Assembly (NCBI GenBank): GCA_965153285.1 | Contig: OZ229112.1 | Reading direction: 5' to 3' (one strand) | From: Podarcis tiliguerta | Lineage: Eukaryota | Length of the DNA stretch: 64,000 nt | Shown here: in pieces, positions 47,198 through 58,977 of the stretch | How the letters are laid out: each line of letters begins with the position of its first letter | How positions within the stretch are numbered: the stretch's first letter is position 1 | The notes under the pieces: generated by a model | What the model was told of the DNA's origin: nothing | Seen by the model: the letters and a program-made list of their open reading frames with translations, nothing else | The model's database searches: none | Translations under genes and position numbers: made by a program

Positions 47198-49319
47198 TGG
47201 GCTAAATAAATGAACTGACTATAACTATGGGCTTACCTGGCAGTGGTGAGCAGCAACAATCCAAGCAGCACTAGGGGACTGCATCTGGCTGCTGTTTAAA
47301 TTCCCCACAATGCTCCAGATCGATGTTGTGCAGGGGCTCAGTGGGAAATTATAATGAGCTACTTAATGCTCAGGACAGACACCCAGACAGCTACACAGTG
47401 ATGCCAAATACTGGTGGCAATCAAGAGGTGGGGAGGGGATTTTTGTCTTAATAATTTATGCTGTTGTTTTGCCTGCTGTCCATTTTGAGAGCAATTTTAT
47501 ACTGATTTTTTAAAATAAAAAAATGATTTTATCATATTCCCTTCGGAGAGTTTAGCTGAAGGCTGGCCTAAGAATCTCCTCACCCCACCCCAACTTATAA
47601 ATTGTTTGTGAGACTGATGGAATAGCTGGTCTTCTTGAAACCTGAGTACTTAGTTATCAGAAACCACAAAGTAAAATTAATAGCAATGGGATTTATCCAA
47701 GTCAGAAGCTTAATAAATAAAACAACAGGCTCACACAGAGTAACTTTTAGCTTCCCTTTAATGCCTTAAGCCTCTATTTTATGTCGAAACAAATTCACTC
47801 TGAAGGAAAGCCAAGTGCTTTTAATGGAAGCAAAGATCACTTCTGATGATATCTGAAGAAGGGTTAGGTATTGAGAATGATGTCTTGGAAGCCAAGAAGC
47901 CAAGCATTTAAACAGGCAATTTTCCTTTTATTGAGATATTTTTGCCACAGAGGTTGCTCATTGTTCTCTAAAGCACTTTCACACACATTAAGGCTTTAAA
48001 GAAACGACTTAACAACCGGCATAGGGATACCCCAACCACTATTCACATATAAATGCCTGGATTTCTAAATCTTATTTGATAAAATCAGGGCTTGACGACT
48101 AAGAGTGGGGAGAGATAATTTATTAGATAATGAAACTGGCTGCCACCAGACAGGGTGTGAGGTGGTGGAAGAACGGAAGATGGGACAGGACTATAAATCA
48201 GGGGTCACTAATATTTTCAGACCCATGCACACATATTGATTTTTGAGTGAGTGCTGTGAGTGCTACCCTCTCTTTTCACTCCCCTCACTGAGTTCTGCCC
48301 TCCACCCACAGGAGACTGAAAGAGTGCACATGCGTTGCTCTCTCAAGGAATCTGGATAGAACAACCCTTGGAAAACACATAGAGGTGAAGGAGGAAGTGG
48401 GAAAGATTGCCACTCTTCCAATTTCCTCCTTCAGTTCTACCTACTTTTCAAGGGTGAAAAGGATAACCACTTGCAACACCTCATAGCCAAAGAGGCATTG
48501 ATGAGGTGGAGTGGCTAAGGGGCTTTGTGAGCCTTGTAAATCATGCTCACCAGCTGGCTGTTACCCAAACTAGCAACCCTATATGAAATTCTCCACCATA
48601 AATGTTTAGGATCACTTACCCATAGATGGAGGTGTACCTAGGGTCTTCTTGCACTGTTTTGGCTCCCCTCCCCCAGAAAAAAACAAAACACTTCTCTCAT
48701 GTTGGATCTCACCACAGCGTGTTAGGAACAATGCCATTAACATCATCATCATCATCATCATCAGGTTTTCCTTTGTGGCTAGGCATTCATGTCCCATTTG
48801 GGAAGAACAATGCACACATCTGAGCCATGTCTACCTAGGTGAACTCACTACCTAATGCATCCAAGTGGCAGCAAACATTGGCAACTGGCTCCACATCTAT
48901 CCCCAAGTCAGGGCACAATTTGCAGCGAGGCAAATTGTTGGAATTACGTTGCAAAAGGAATGCTTCACATTTCATTTTCTCAGATTGTGTTCCTTTCTCA
49001 AAGCATTGCCATGGCAATAAAACATAGTTCACGTAATTTGGTGGTTGCGGAGCCTTGAACAAAACAGAGCTGCGCTAGCAACTGTGCCACAACAGAGTTA
49101 TTTCACACCCTAAAGGACCCTGGTAACTCGGGACGCTCCCTGGTTGTTCAGGAAGAGCACCCACAACCAGCATATTTGCAGCTATACATACGGCCCACAC
49201 ATTTGCTCTAGCTCCTAATCTAGAAATAAGAGAGCTATTACGACGTAACAGGTAAGATGTTGCAACTGGAATGCAGGGGTCACGTGTCAAGATCCACAAG
49301 CACTGTGGCTGTGTACGCA

Positions 49320-49497
49320 CCCTACGCTGCAGGAATATGCAAAAAACATTTTCACCTTCCCTCGAAGAACTCTGGGAACTGTAGTGTGTCAAGGGTGCTG
49401 GGAACTGCATCTCTGTGAGGGGGGAAACTACAGTTCCTAGGATTCCTATGGGGAAAATGTGTGCTTGAAATGTACTTGAACTGCATGATGTATGCAC
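49320..49497. mobile_element. palindromic MITE-like repeat (AAGAACTCTGGGAACTGTAG family)
   Basis: GGGAACTGTAGT..ACTACAGTTCC inverted arms; related to 20140-20342. Confidence 0.6.
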
Positions 49498-49513
49498 AGC
49501 CTGGGAAGCATAT

Positions 49514-50000
49514 TGTCAGGAGTCCAGGTTCCCAGCTTGATAACACAGTAAGCGTAGATGATTAAAAAGGAGGATTTATTGCAAAAACAAACAGATAGCT
49601 CTGGACGGCTCTAACAAAGCGTCCGGCATCATTACTCAAGATGATCCTTTTTCGGTATCTACAGAATATATTGAACCGATGCCCCTTGTGTCCCGTTTTG
49701 TTTCCTATCTAGAAGCCCTCCCATTCGCCGACTCCTCGGACAGATTGGATTAGTGCCAACCTCTTCCTTTTCCAATGAACTGTCTCCTTGTCTATTCGTG
49801 CCCATTTGAGCTTCTGGAGAGCTTTGGCTGTGTTCTAGCCTGCTCTCAGCTACTTATCAGATTGCCCATCAAGGTCAGGAAGAGTCGAATTCTGCAGCTG
49901 CAGGCTCTCCCCTGTCTGTCTAATATCAAAGCCTTCCTGTTCCTGGCTGTTTTCTGCATTTGGCTGCAAACCTTCGCTTGGAGCTGGCTCATTCCTGACA
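49514..50000 (-). mobile_element. solo LTR (Gypsy-like), 487 bp
   Basis: Perfect terminal IR TGTCAGGA..TCCTGACA; perfect 5-bp TSD CATAT; minus-strand AATAAA about 60 bp from its 3' end. Confidence 0.85.
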
Positions 50001-50437
50001 CATATAGGGTGAGCTTCTGCAAGAATAGAAGCAACCCAAAGTGCTCACAATGGTGATGCCTGCTGGGGCTGATGTGATTCTACCAACACTGAGGGAGGGG
50101 GGAGCAAAGGTTTTCCCCACACTTGATCTGAAGTCTCTGGGTCAATGAAGGGGTGTCTCTATTTACAGTAGCAGATCTGGGGAAGAATTCTGATTTAGGA
50201 ATGGCCATGGAGACAGACAACAGGTACATTTCTGGAAGAGATGAAGCAGGGCTTTGAACTCTTGCACGTCACTTGTACACACATTCCGGTTATGCTGCTA
50301 GGAAACAGGTTTTGCAAGTTTTTGTCCTGTTATGAAAAAAGGAACGTGTGTGGAACCGACAGCTTCCCTGTACTATTTGCAGCTCTCTTAAATGCTACTC
50401 ACAGTAGATGTTGTAGAACAACAACTCCCATCATATC

Positions 50438-50550
50438 CCAAGGGTTATCTAGTCCAACTCCCTGCATTGCAGAATTCTTTTGCCCAACATGGGGCTCAAA
50501 CTCACAACCCTGAGATTAAGAGTCCCATGCTCTACCAACTGAGCTATGTT
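50438..50550 (-). mobile_element. tRNA-Lys SINE inserted in a hairpin MITE (host about 50405-50635)
   Basis: Reverse complement ATAGCTCAGTTGGTAGAGCATGGGACTCTTAATCTCAGGGTTGTGAGTTTGAGCCCC; host arms ACAACTCCCATCA / TGATGGGAG on either side. Confidence 0.8.
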
Positions 50551-51969
50551 CCCTGATCATTGTCCATGCTGGCTGGGGCTGATGGGAGCTGGGAGTCCAA
50601 CAACATCTGGACGGCACCAGATTGGGGAAAGATGCTGCCCAGAATGTTCCATGGGGCGGAAATCCTGAAGATTTCTGCAGCTTAAGAGCTTACTTCTCAC
50701 ACCAGCATAATCAACCCACCCCATCCATTGCCTAATAGCTGACTTTTTCCATAAGACCACAGGGTGATAGCCAACTAAGTCATACTCAAAGGAGACCCAT
50801 TGAAATATGTGCATATAAGCCCACTCATTTCACTGGAATGTTGGATATAATCCATAGAAACTACTCTTGCAAGTTGTCTCGGTAAAACTTCTACACCTTG
50901 GAGTTAAACAAATGAGGAACTTGTGCAGGTTTAGCAGTGTGATACAGTGCTGGAACTTTTAATTAAAACATCTGTTTAATGCTGTTTGTATGTTGGTCTT
51001 ATCTTTCCCGCTGCTTGAGGGTCACCAAGCAAATATCACCAGGGAACTTCTTCTAAACAGATTTTCTCAAGAATGTAAATATATTATTTCACTGGGTGGG
51101 TGTGCTACAAAAGCTCTGCGGCTTTTGCTAGCAGAGAGGTGTTTGCTTTCGACGTTTTACAAAGGGGTTACATGTCTAATTTCTGCTGTGGCTGCTGCAA
51201 GGGAGGGCTGGGAAGAGGCAAGGTTTTGTTGAGTTTGGAAAGCTGTTTGGGATTTAATAGTGGGGGGTAAAGAGGAGCTGGCCGTGGTGCCAGGGTTGCC
51301 CTGAGGCAGGGTTGTGGGGGTCCTGTGTGACCCCCTCAAATGTTGCTGAATGACAACCCCCATCTTATCTGAGCATTGGCCATGCTGATAGAGTCGGAGT
51401 AGATGGTTCCTTAAAGTGCAACTGGGGAAAAATAAAATAAAATGACAGCAGCAAAAACAAGGGAAAAGAGGGGTGCAGCAACGATGTTCTTGGACTGCGG
51501 AATCACAAAATTAAATGGAAGAAGCGGGCCTAAGAGTTCTGCTGAGTGTATCAGATTTAAAACAAAACAGTTCACAACCCCTAATCCTTCACCAGATTGT
51601 GAAAGTGAATGGTGACACATAGAGGGCTTTACGAGGCCAGGAGGATGCATGACCTTTCAAAGCTTGCTTTTTCTAAGTAAACAAACCCCTGGCTATGCAC
51701 AGATTTCAGTAAGGTACAGCCCTGTAAAAGAGAGATTTTAAGCGAGAGACAGTATTATTTCCACAGTACTTTGCAAAGTGTATCAGGCACCAGGGTGTTG
51801 TCTCCACATTAGTCCCATAGAAGATGGCACAAAATGATGTCTTAAAAGCCTTTTTAATGCCTTATATAATGCAACTTTTGATGCAACGGGTGGAAGAAAA
51901 TTAGGAATCTCTTAAGTAGGCCTTAGGGAGGTACAGCTCTGCTTCTTCCAGTAGGCTCCAATCTAGAGT

Positions 51970-52767
51970 TAGGGGCAATTGTTAGGTTTTGCTTGAATAG
52001 AAATGTCTTAATTAACACTTTCTGAACCAATACACAAACTAAAAGGTAAAGGTACCCCAGCCCATACGGGCCAGTCATGACCGACACTAGGGTTGCGCGC
52101 TCATCTCGCTCAAGAGGCCGGGAGCCAGCGCTGTCCGAAGACACTTCCGGGTCACGTGGCCAGCGTGACGAAGCTGCATCTGGCGAGCCAGCACCAGCGC
52201 AGCTCACGGAAACGCCATTTACCTTCCCGCTAGAAAGCGGTCCCTATTTATCTACTTGCACTTAGGGGTGCTTTCGAACTGCTAGGTAGGCAGGAGCTGG
52301 GACCGAATGACGGGAGCTCACCCCACCGCGGGGATTCGAACCGCCGACCTTTCGATCGGCAGGTCCTAGGCTCTGTGATTTAACCCACAGCGCCACCCGT
52401 GTCCCTAATACACAAACTAAATACACAGCTATTGTTTGAAATTCATGCTTCCCTGAATTCTGCGGTGCAGTTCGCCAACCAGCCAATGTATATAAACATG
52501 CATATGTTTTGGGAGGATGTGCATCAAAATTCACTTATTCATGAAAATGACATACAAAAATGTGTTATATATGGGGAAACGGCTTGCGTAAAAGTATATA
52601 TTGGTCAAAACTGCATACAAAAATGTGTTTATTAAGAGGAATTCACACTAAAATGCTGATGAATTTAGATGACAATTAATAATAAAAAAATCCATAGAAA
52701 TGTAGATTACTAAATTTAATATTGGGGGGAGAAACTGAGAGAAGCAAAACTGAGCCTTCCCTCCCTA
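51970..52767 (-). mobile_element. degenerate hAT-like element (TAGGG..CCCTA ends) hosting a Sauria SINE
   Basis: AT-rich body similar to the reverse complement of 58590-58977. Confidence 0.55.
52044..52405 (-). mobile_element. Sauria SINE, divergent subfamily, full length
   Basis: 15-bp perfect TSD AATACACAAACTAAA; CpG-rich; diagnostic blocks differ from the other six copies. Confidence 0.93.
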
Positions 52768-53645
52768 CTCCTACTCTTAATCATGTATACTCAGAAATAA
52801 GTCCCACTAAACTCAATGGGGCTTTCCCCCAGGTAAGTGGGGTTAAGACTGCAGCCCACCCACTAAATAGGAAGAGCATTATCAGCAGATCATCCCAAAA
52901 GGGGCATAGATCAAAGAATGGAGGCTTGTAATTCTCTTCTCCTGGCATTTGCGCTGACTCTTAATTAGAGCTACCCACTTATAACCAGGCAAATTAGTAA
53001 CAATCGGCCACTCTGTGTGCCAGCGGTGTAGGATGAACACAATACAAAGGGGCTTACTGAGAGCAAGCATAATAATGAGTGTCCAGTAAAATAATGTTTT
53101 GAAAATAATTAAATACTTAACTGGAGCACATATCACTAATACTTAATGAAGGCTCTCTGTTATCATGAAAAGAAATGTCAGTTTTCTGAGTAAGAATCTG
53201 CCTCGTACTTTACACAAATTCACACTTGCTCACAGGTTGGTTTTTCGTTTCTTTTCCTCACTTCCTTGCTGTTGCCCTCTGCTGACTCCATAAGGCCTTT
53301 CTTCACACAGTTATCTTTTTTGGAAATTAAGAGAAAGGACTTTTGCTCAAGCACCCCCCACTAAAATCACACGCAAAACAACCATATCTAACAACTTTCC
53401 CATGTATTATGGGTTTAACTATGGAAATATGAACAGCCTCTAGAAAATGATGAACGCGCAAGACAACCTGTTTTTGAAGGCACTCGGGATGTTTTTACCT
53501 GACACATTTTATGATCTTTTTTTGTGTGTGGCTTTATTATGCTGTTTTACTGTTTTTCCAGTGCTGATTATTGTATTGTATCATTGTGTTTCATTTTTTC
53601 CTTGTGAACTGCCTCGGGAACACCACTGTTTCTGAAGGTAGTATA

Positions 53646-53904
53646 ACGTATTTTTTGCTCTGTAAGACTCACTTTTTCCCTCCTAAAAAGTAAGGGGAAA
53701 TGTGTGTGCATCTTATGGAGCGAATGCAGGCTGCGCAGCTATCCCAGAAGCCAGAACAGCAAGAGGGATTGCTGCTTTCACTGTGCAGCGATCCCTCTTG
53801 CTGTTCTGGCTTCTGAGATTCAGAATATTTTTTTTCTTGTTTTCCTCCTCCAAAAACTAGGTGCATCTTGTGGTCTGGTGCGTCTTATAGAGCGAAAAAT
53901 ACAG
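53646..53904 (+). mobile_element. Tc1/mariner MITE family C
   Basis: Near-identical to 19878-20136; TA-flanked. Confidence 0.9.
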
Positions 53905-54298
53905 TATATAATATTTTGATTACAACAACAACAACGCCGCCCTGACTTCACCGCTGCCAGATGGAATGATGTGAAGTTACAAACAGGGACTGCAACCCAA
54001 TGTTGCAATGTATCCCCCGCTTCCTAAGAGAGCTTTTGTTCAGGGGGCTTCAGCCAGCCAAGAACAAGAGCCTTTCATGCTGCTCTGGGCTGCTTGCAGG
54101 AAGCGTAGAATAAAAATGTAATTAATAAATACACTCAGCTAGAGCAGCTTTACAGGAAGACTGCAGCACTGGAGTCAGGAACCCACCAGGTCCTGCAAGT
54201 AGCCAAGGGCTGACCACCTCAATGGGTTCCTCACTCCCTGCAGAGCAGAACAGCCACATTCAGACTAAAACTCACCAAGGTTAAGAAGGCTGCTTCTT

Positions 54299-54334
54299 CT
54301 TCCTCTGCAACTACTGCTTCCTCTGCAACTACTG
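54299..54334. repeat. 18-bp tandem duplication CTTCCTCTGCAACTACTG x2
   Basis: Exact direct repeat next to a half MITE. Confidence 0.9.
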
Positions 54335-55202
54335 GTGCCCTCCAGATGTTTTGAACTACAAGTCCTATCAGTCATCAGCCACTTGAAGACCGAAATAGAG
54401 CCTGGCTGTAAAATCCCCTGTGCCTTTGGGTGCATGCAAGAAGACAGGAAGGACGGCATCTGCTCCTTTGAGTTGTCTAATTGCAGCACTTGGGCTTGCA
54501 GCCAAATAGTGATGAAGCATCCCCTCCCTTGTCCGTCCCCGCTCCCAACATCCAGGCTTTGCTACGACACCTGGTGCTTCTCTTGTCCCCACCAGTCAAT
54601 CCCAGAGTGAGCAGGAAATGCACAGGGATCACATTGGTTCCATTAGCAGGATGAGGCAGCGGAAAGTGGGGTATTGATCTCTCCCTGCAAAGAATGCTGA
54701 GGCGACACTTCTGATGCATCCCATCCCTTTGCGGTGGGCTGCAGCCGACACGGCTGACCTCTGTTTAACGTAAATCTCTCTCCTCATGCCTGACCCTGGC
54801 CTTTGGCCAGGAAGTCTCTGAGAAGCTGTGCTTGGTTTGACAGCACTAATAAATACAGTGCTCCTGTCTAGCATAATGGAGGAGCTGCATTTTGGCTTTC
54901 AAAGTGCAAACTCTAGCATTACTTTCCCTCCCCTCCCCCCATCTGTCCTTTGAGCTCCGAATATCACACTAAGCGGGGCCTTCCTGGTTCTGCTATTTAG
55001 CTACAGCACATCAGAGGGAGACTGCAAAGGGGCTCTTTTCTTCCTCCCATCCCATTGCACATCTTTTCTTTCTTTTAAATAATTTCTAGTAAAAGTGCTG
55101 CTAATGGCACTCAGTTGCAGCTACGTTGTGGAAAGGTGCCTGCTTGCAACTTGGGAGATTCATACCACATTGCTTTAAGATAGCTATATTTTTGTGTGAA
55201 TG

Positions 55203-55546
55203 TAAGGTAAAGGTAAAGGGACCCCTGACCATTAGATCCAGTCGTGGCCGACTCTGGGGTTGCGGCGCTCATCTCGCTTTATTGGCCGAGGGAGCCGGCG
55301 TACAGCTTCTGGGTCATGTGGCCAGCATGACTGAGCCGCTTCTGGCGAACCAGAGCAGCGCACGGAAACGCCGTTTACCTTCCCACTGGAGCGGTACCTA
55401 TTTCTCTACTTGCACTTTGACGTGCTTTCAAACTGCTAGGTTGGCAGGAGCAGGGACCGAGCAATGGGAGCTCACCCAGTTGCGGGGATTTGAACCGCCG
55501 ACCTTCTGATCGGCAAGTCCTAGGCTCTGTGGTTTAACCCACAGCG
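55203..55546 (-). mobile_element. Sauria SINE lacking the first ~13 nt
   Basis: (AAGGTA)n tail and complete body; head stops at CGCTGTGGG. Confidence 0.93.
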
Positions 55547-56609
55547 TAAATTAAACCTCTGTCATCCTGCAGGTGCTGTAGGCGCCGAAGGCAACTATTT
55601 GATTCAACTCATTGTTCCTTTATTTGCCCCTGGTTTAGCTCATGTCAAAAAGCACAAATAAACGCAGCAACCAAACTAAGATTATTAGTCAATGCACCTT
55701 TCAGCCCTTTATTAGCAACCCTCTCCATCCTGCCAAGCAATCACTGCTGCACAGTGATTTCCACTCCGCTCCTCTTGTCTCCAACAGGCTTACAGGCAGC
55801 AGGCAGAAAGCAAAAGAGGACTAGATCACATTTGCAAACGTAATTCTCAGTTTAGGTTTAGGCTTCCAACTCTGTCATTGGATTGTTATGAGGTCAACCC
55901 CCTTCTTCCAGCACTGTCTCGCTCAGATCTCTGGGGGTAACGAATGAGGAGGGCTAATTTGAATAGATTTGATACTGTGCCGACAAATTAATAATACCAA
56001 ACTTAGGATTGCACATATGCTCTCCACTAGGTCATGACGAATGAGCCCTGACAGCTGTCCCACACAGCCTCCAGCATGCGTGCTGCTCAGCCACACGTTG
56101 CGTCTTCACAACTGCTCCCTAGCATGTGCCGATGTGAAGCGAAGGTCACTTGGGCAGCACAACTGCGAAGAGATGACACAGCCTCAGCTTTGCAAGCCCA
56201 TATCAGCCTCACACAAATGAATAGTGTTCATTTGTCCTCCAGGATTAAGTCTGCAAAGCAAGGAAGGCTTCCTACAACTCAACCAGAAGCACAAACACCA
56301 GCATCTCCCTGTTGCATCCTAGGCCCAATCCACACAGACTTCCAGCATGCCTGCTCCAACCTGATACGTCAGCACATCCATCGGATTGGTAGTAAAAAAG
56401 GAGAAGCCACCGAAAAGACTATGCTGGGTGAGATAATATAAAGTAGCATCTATGTTGCATTTCATGGATGGACTCTTATGCTCCTGACCTGACATATTTA
56501 ATGTACTCAAGGAAGCCTGAACTTATGGCCCAGGGTTATAACATGTGACACTGAACTGTGAAGTGTGGTCCTCTCTGCAATGGCACCAGGAAGCTTGTGA
56601 TACACACTA

Positions 56610-56791
56610 CATAGGAAGCTGCCTGCCATTATTGAATCATGCTGAGCTATTGCTTCATCTATAACTACGCTCACTGCAATAGCTCTCCAGTGCTTCCTAA
56701 TGAGTCTTCCACAGTCCTGCAGTTAAATGCCAGGCATTGAACATTGGACCTTCTTCAAAGCAGGTGCTCTTCCATTGAACAACAGCCTTCC
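56610..56791 (-). mobile_element. tRNA-Ala-like SINE, degenerate
   Basis: CATAGGAAGCTGCC tail and ATGCCAGGCATTGAAC..GGACCTTC head; reverse of 35590-35779. Confidence 0.6.
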
Positions 56792-57007
56792 TTTATATAA
56801 CCAATGTGACTGCTATTATTACAGAGCCAAAAAATGGGAGACTGGGTGAAAGTTTCACTAGTCAACACATGAAAAGTAATTTTGACACTAGGGTCTGCCT
56901 GGCTGGCACCAATGTGTGACAAAGCCTCCTTGGTGGTGGCTCTCTGTATGTGCAGTGCCCTCCCAAGTTGAGGTGCATTTGTCTCCAGCATTATTAACAT
57001 CCCTCTT

Positions 57008-57267
57008 GAGAGCCAGTGTGGTGTAGTGGTTAAGAGCGGTAGTCTCGTAATCTGGGAAACCGGGTTCGAGTCTCTGCTCCTCCACATGCAGCTGCTGGGT
57101 GACCTTGGGCTAGTCACACTTCCCTGAAGTCTCTCAGCCCCACTCACCCCACAGAGTGTTTGTTGTGGGGGAGGAAGGGAAAGGAGAATGTTAGCCGCTT
57201 TGAGACTCCTTAAAGGGAGTGAAAGGCGGGATATCAAATCCAAACTCTTCTTCTTCTTCTTCTTCTT
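57008..57267 (+). mobile_element. Squam3-like (MIR/Ther1-derived CORE) SINE, full length
   Basis: GAGAGCCAGTGTGGTGTAGTGGTTAAGAGC A-box, GGTTCGAGTC B-box, GGGTGACCTTGGGCTAGTCAC core, L2-like tail ending in (CTT)n; sits in an old minus-strand L2 remnant. Confidence 0.88.
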
Positions 57268-57339
57268 TCCCAAGCATTGGATGGCTTAAAGGTACTGTTC
57301 CTGATAACCCTGCACACTTAAATGTTTTTAATATGTTTT

Positions 57340-57520
57340 CGTTTTATTTTTAATTGCACTGTGTTGTTTGCCACCCCAGGCTCCTTAGGGAGGAAGGCTG
57401 CAAAAGAAATTTAATTAATAAATAACATGTACAACTCCTTGAGTTCCTTGGAGGAAAGGTGGGATATAAATGTAATGAATGGATGAAAGAATGAAATGAA
57501 TGAATGAATGAATGAATGAA
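57340..57520 (+). mobile_element. two stacked L2/SINE 3' tails ending in (GAAT)n
   Basis: GCCACCCCAGGCTCCTTAGGGAGGAAGG..AATAAATAA and TTGAGTTCCTTGGAGGAAAGGTGGGATATAAATG..(GAAT)n. Confidence 0.6.
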
Positions 57521-58589
57521 CAAAGTATTTGTGGGATGCATGTAGAAGCATCCTTGCAAAGGAACCACAGTGAGATAGGAAGCGCATTGTGAAAAAAAGA
57601 CAGAGCATAACAGAATAATGTACTGATACCGTACGCTGGGCGGAACAATTAAAAAAATGTGAGTAGAATGGAGAATTATTTAACTTACTTTATTTTTATA
57701 CCACCTTATAAAAAGTGAGTAATTTGCAACTGAACAAGCAACATCAAGTGGATGAAAAATATGTGAATCCATTAAAAATAAATAAAAAGTGAAATTGGAG
57801 ACACTGGTTCCTAAAATTCATCTGGGTTGCACTCACGTGTGTTGAAATTGGACGCTAATTCCCCAATATAGTGTCTTGCAACTTCTTCAAAAAAACAAAA
57901 AACCCTCTGTGCAGACACACACAGTGATTACTGTGAGCACAAAGACCTGAAATGTTTTACATAAATGAATACAAATGATAATTCAGAGTTATGGCTCAGT
58001 CTCTCCACTATTATCCTTGATCTATTCTCCTGCAACCCCATTAAGGAGTCTCATTTTTTAATTTTTAATGCCAATTCTGGCACATAAACTGCTAGGGGAT
58101 GGAATAGAAGTAGCACATGAATCTTAAAAGAAGAGTCAAATATAGATCAAGAGGAAAAGAGCTGTTTTGTCCTTAAATGGTCAGACCCAAATTCTCAGTG
58201 GAATTTTTTTAAAAAAGGATTTTTATAAGTGGAGGTTTGAAGGAATACCAGATATGTAGGAAGATTTGTCCTCTTGTATTGAGGTCGCTTCCAGACCCCC
58301 ATTACTTTGGGAGTGGGATTCAAGTGCACACTGTACATTTAGGGTTGCACAGTTAAAGTGGATTCAAGGGCTCTGTTGCCCTGGCACGATAAATCCACAT
58401 CCAAACGATACCATGGACTTTCTGCTGTTAAGAAAGTGATGGGGACATGCACTGAAAAGCGTGGAATGAATGAAACACCAATGGGAAGACATATAAACAC
58501 CCCAGAAGCAAATAAGGATTAATACTAACTGTCCTATAGCCACAAGCATATCAGAAACTAAGGCTAAATAACGTAGCCTAACCTCTGCA

Positions 58590-58977
58590 TACAGATGTGC
58601 AAATCTATCAGTTTCAGTTTTTCGTTTTTCCAATCTTAAGTTCAGTTCTCCACAGTTCCACATCTGGTTTTTTAAGTAAAAAGAAGTCCTTATGAAAATT
58701 CACCACCGTTTCAGTGCGAATTTCTCTAATACGTATGATTTTTAATGTGATTGTGCTTGATATAATGCATTTTAAATATTCTTTTTATTAATATATGCAT
58801 TTTATGCACACTTTACACTGATATATGTCCTTGTGTGCATATATGAATGGATGACTGCATTGCTAAATTCATAGAAGTTCAAATTTCGAAGGATGGTTTG
58901 CAAATTGTTTTGGAAAGTTGAACTTAGGAAGGTTCTCCTTTAAATGTGACCTGAATAGAATTTCCTCCACATCCCTA
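58590..58977 (+). mobile_element. degenerate hAT-like element
   Basis: Ends TACAGATG..CACATCCCTA; same family as 51970-52767. Confidence 0.55.
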
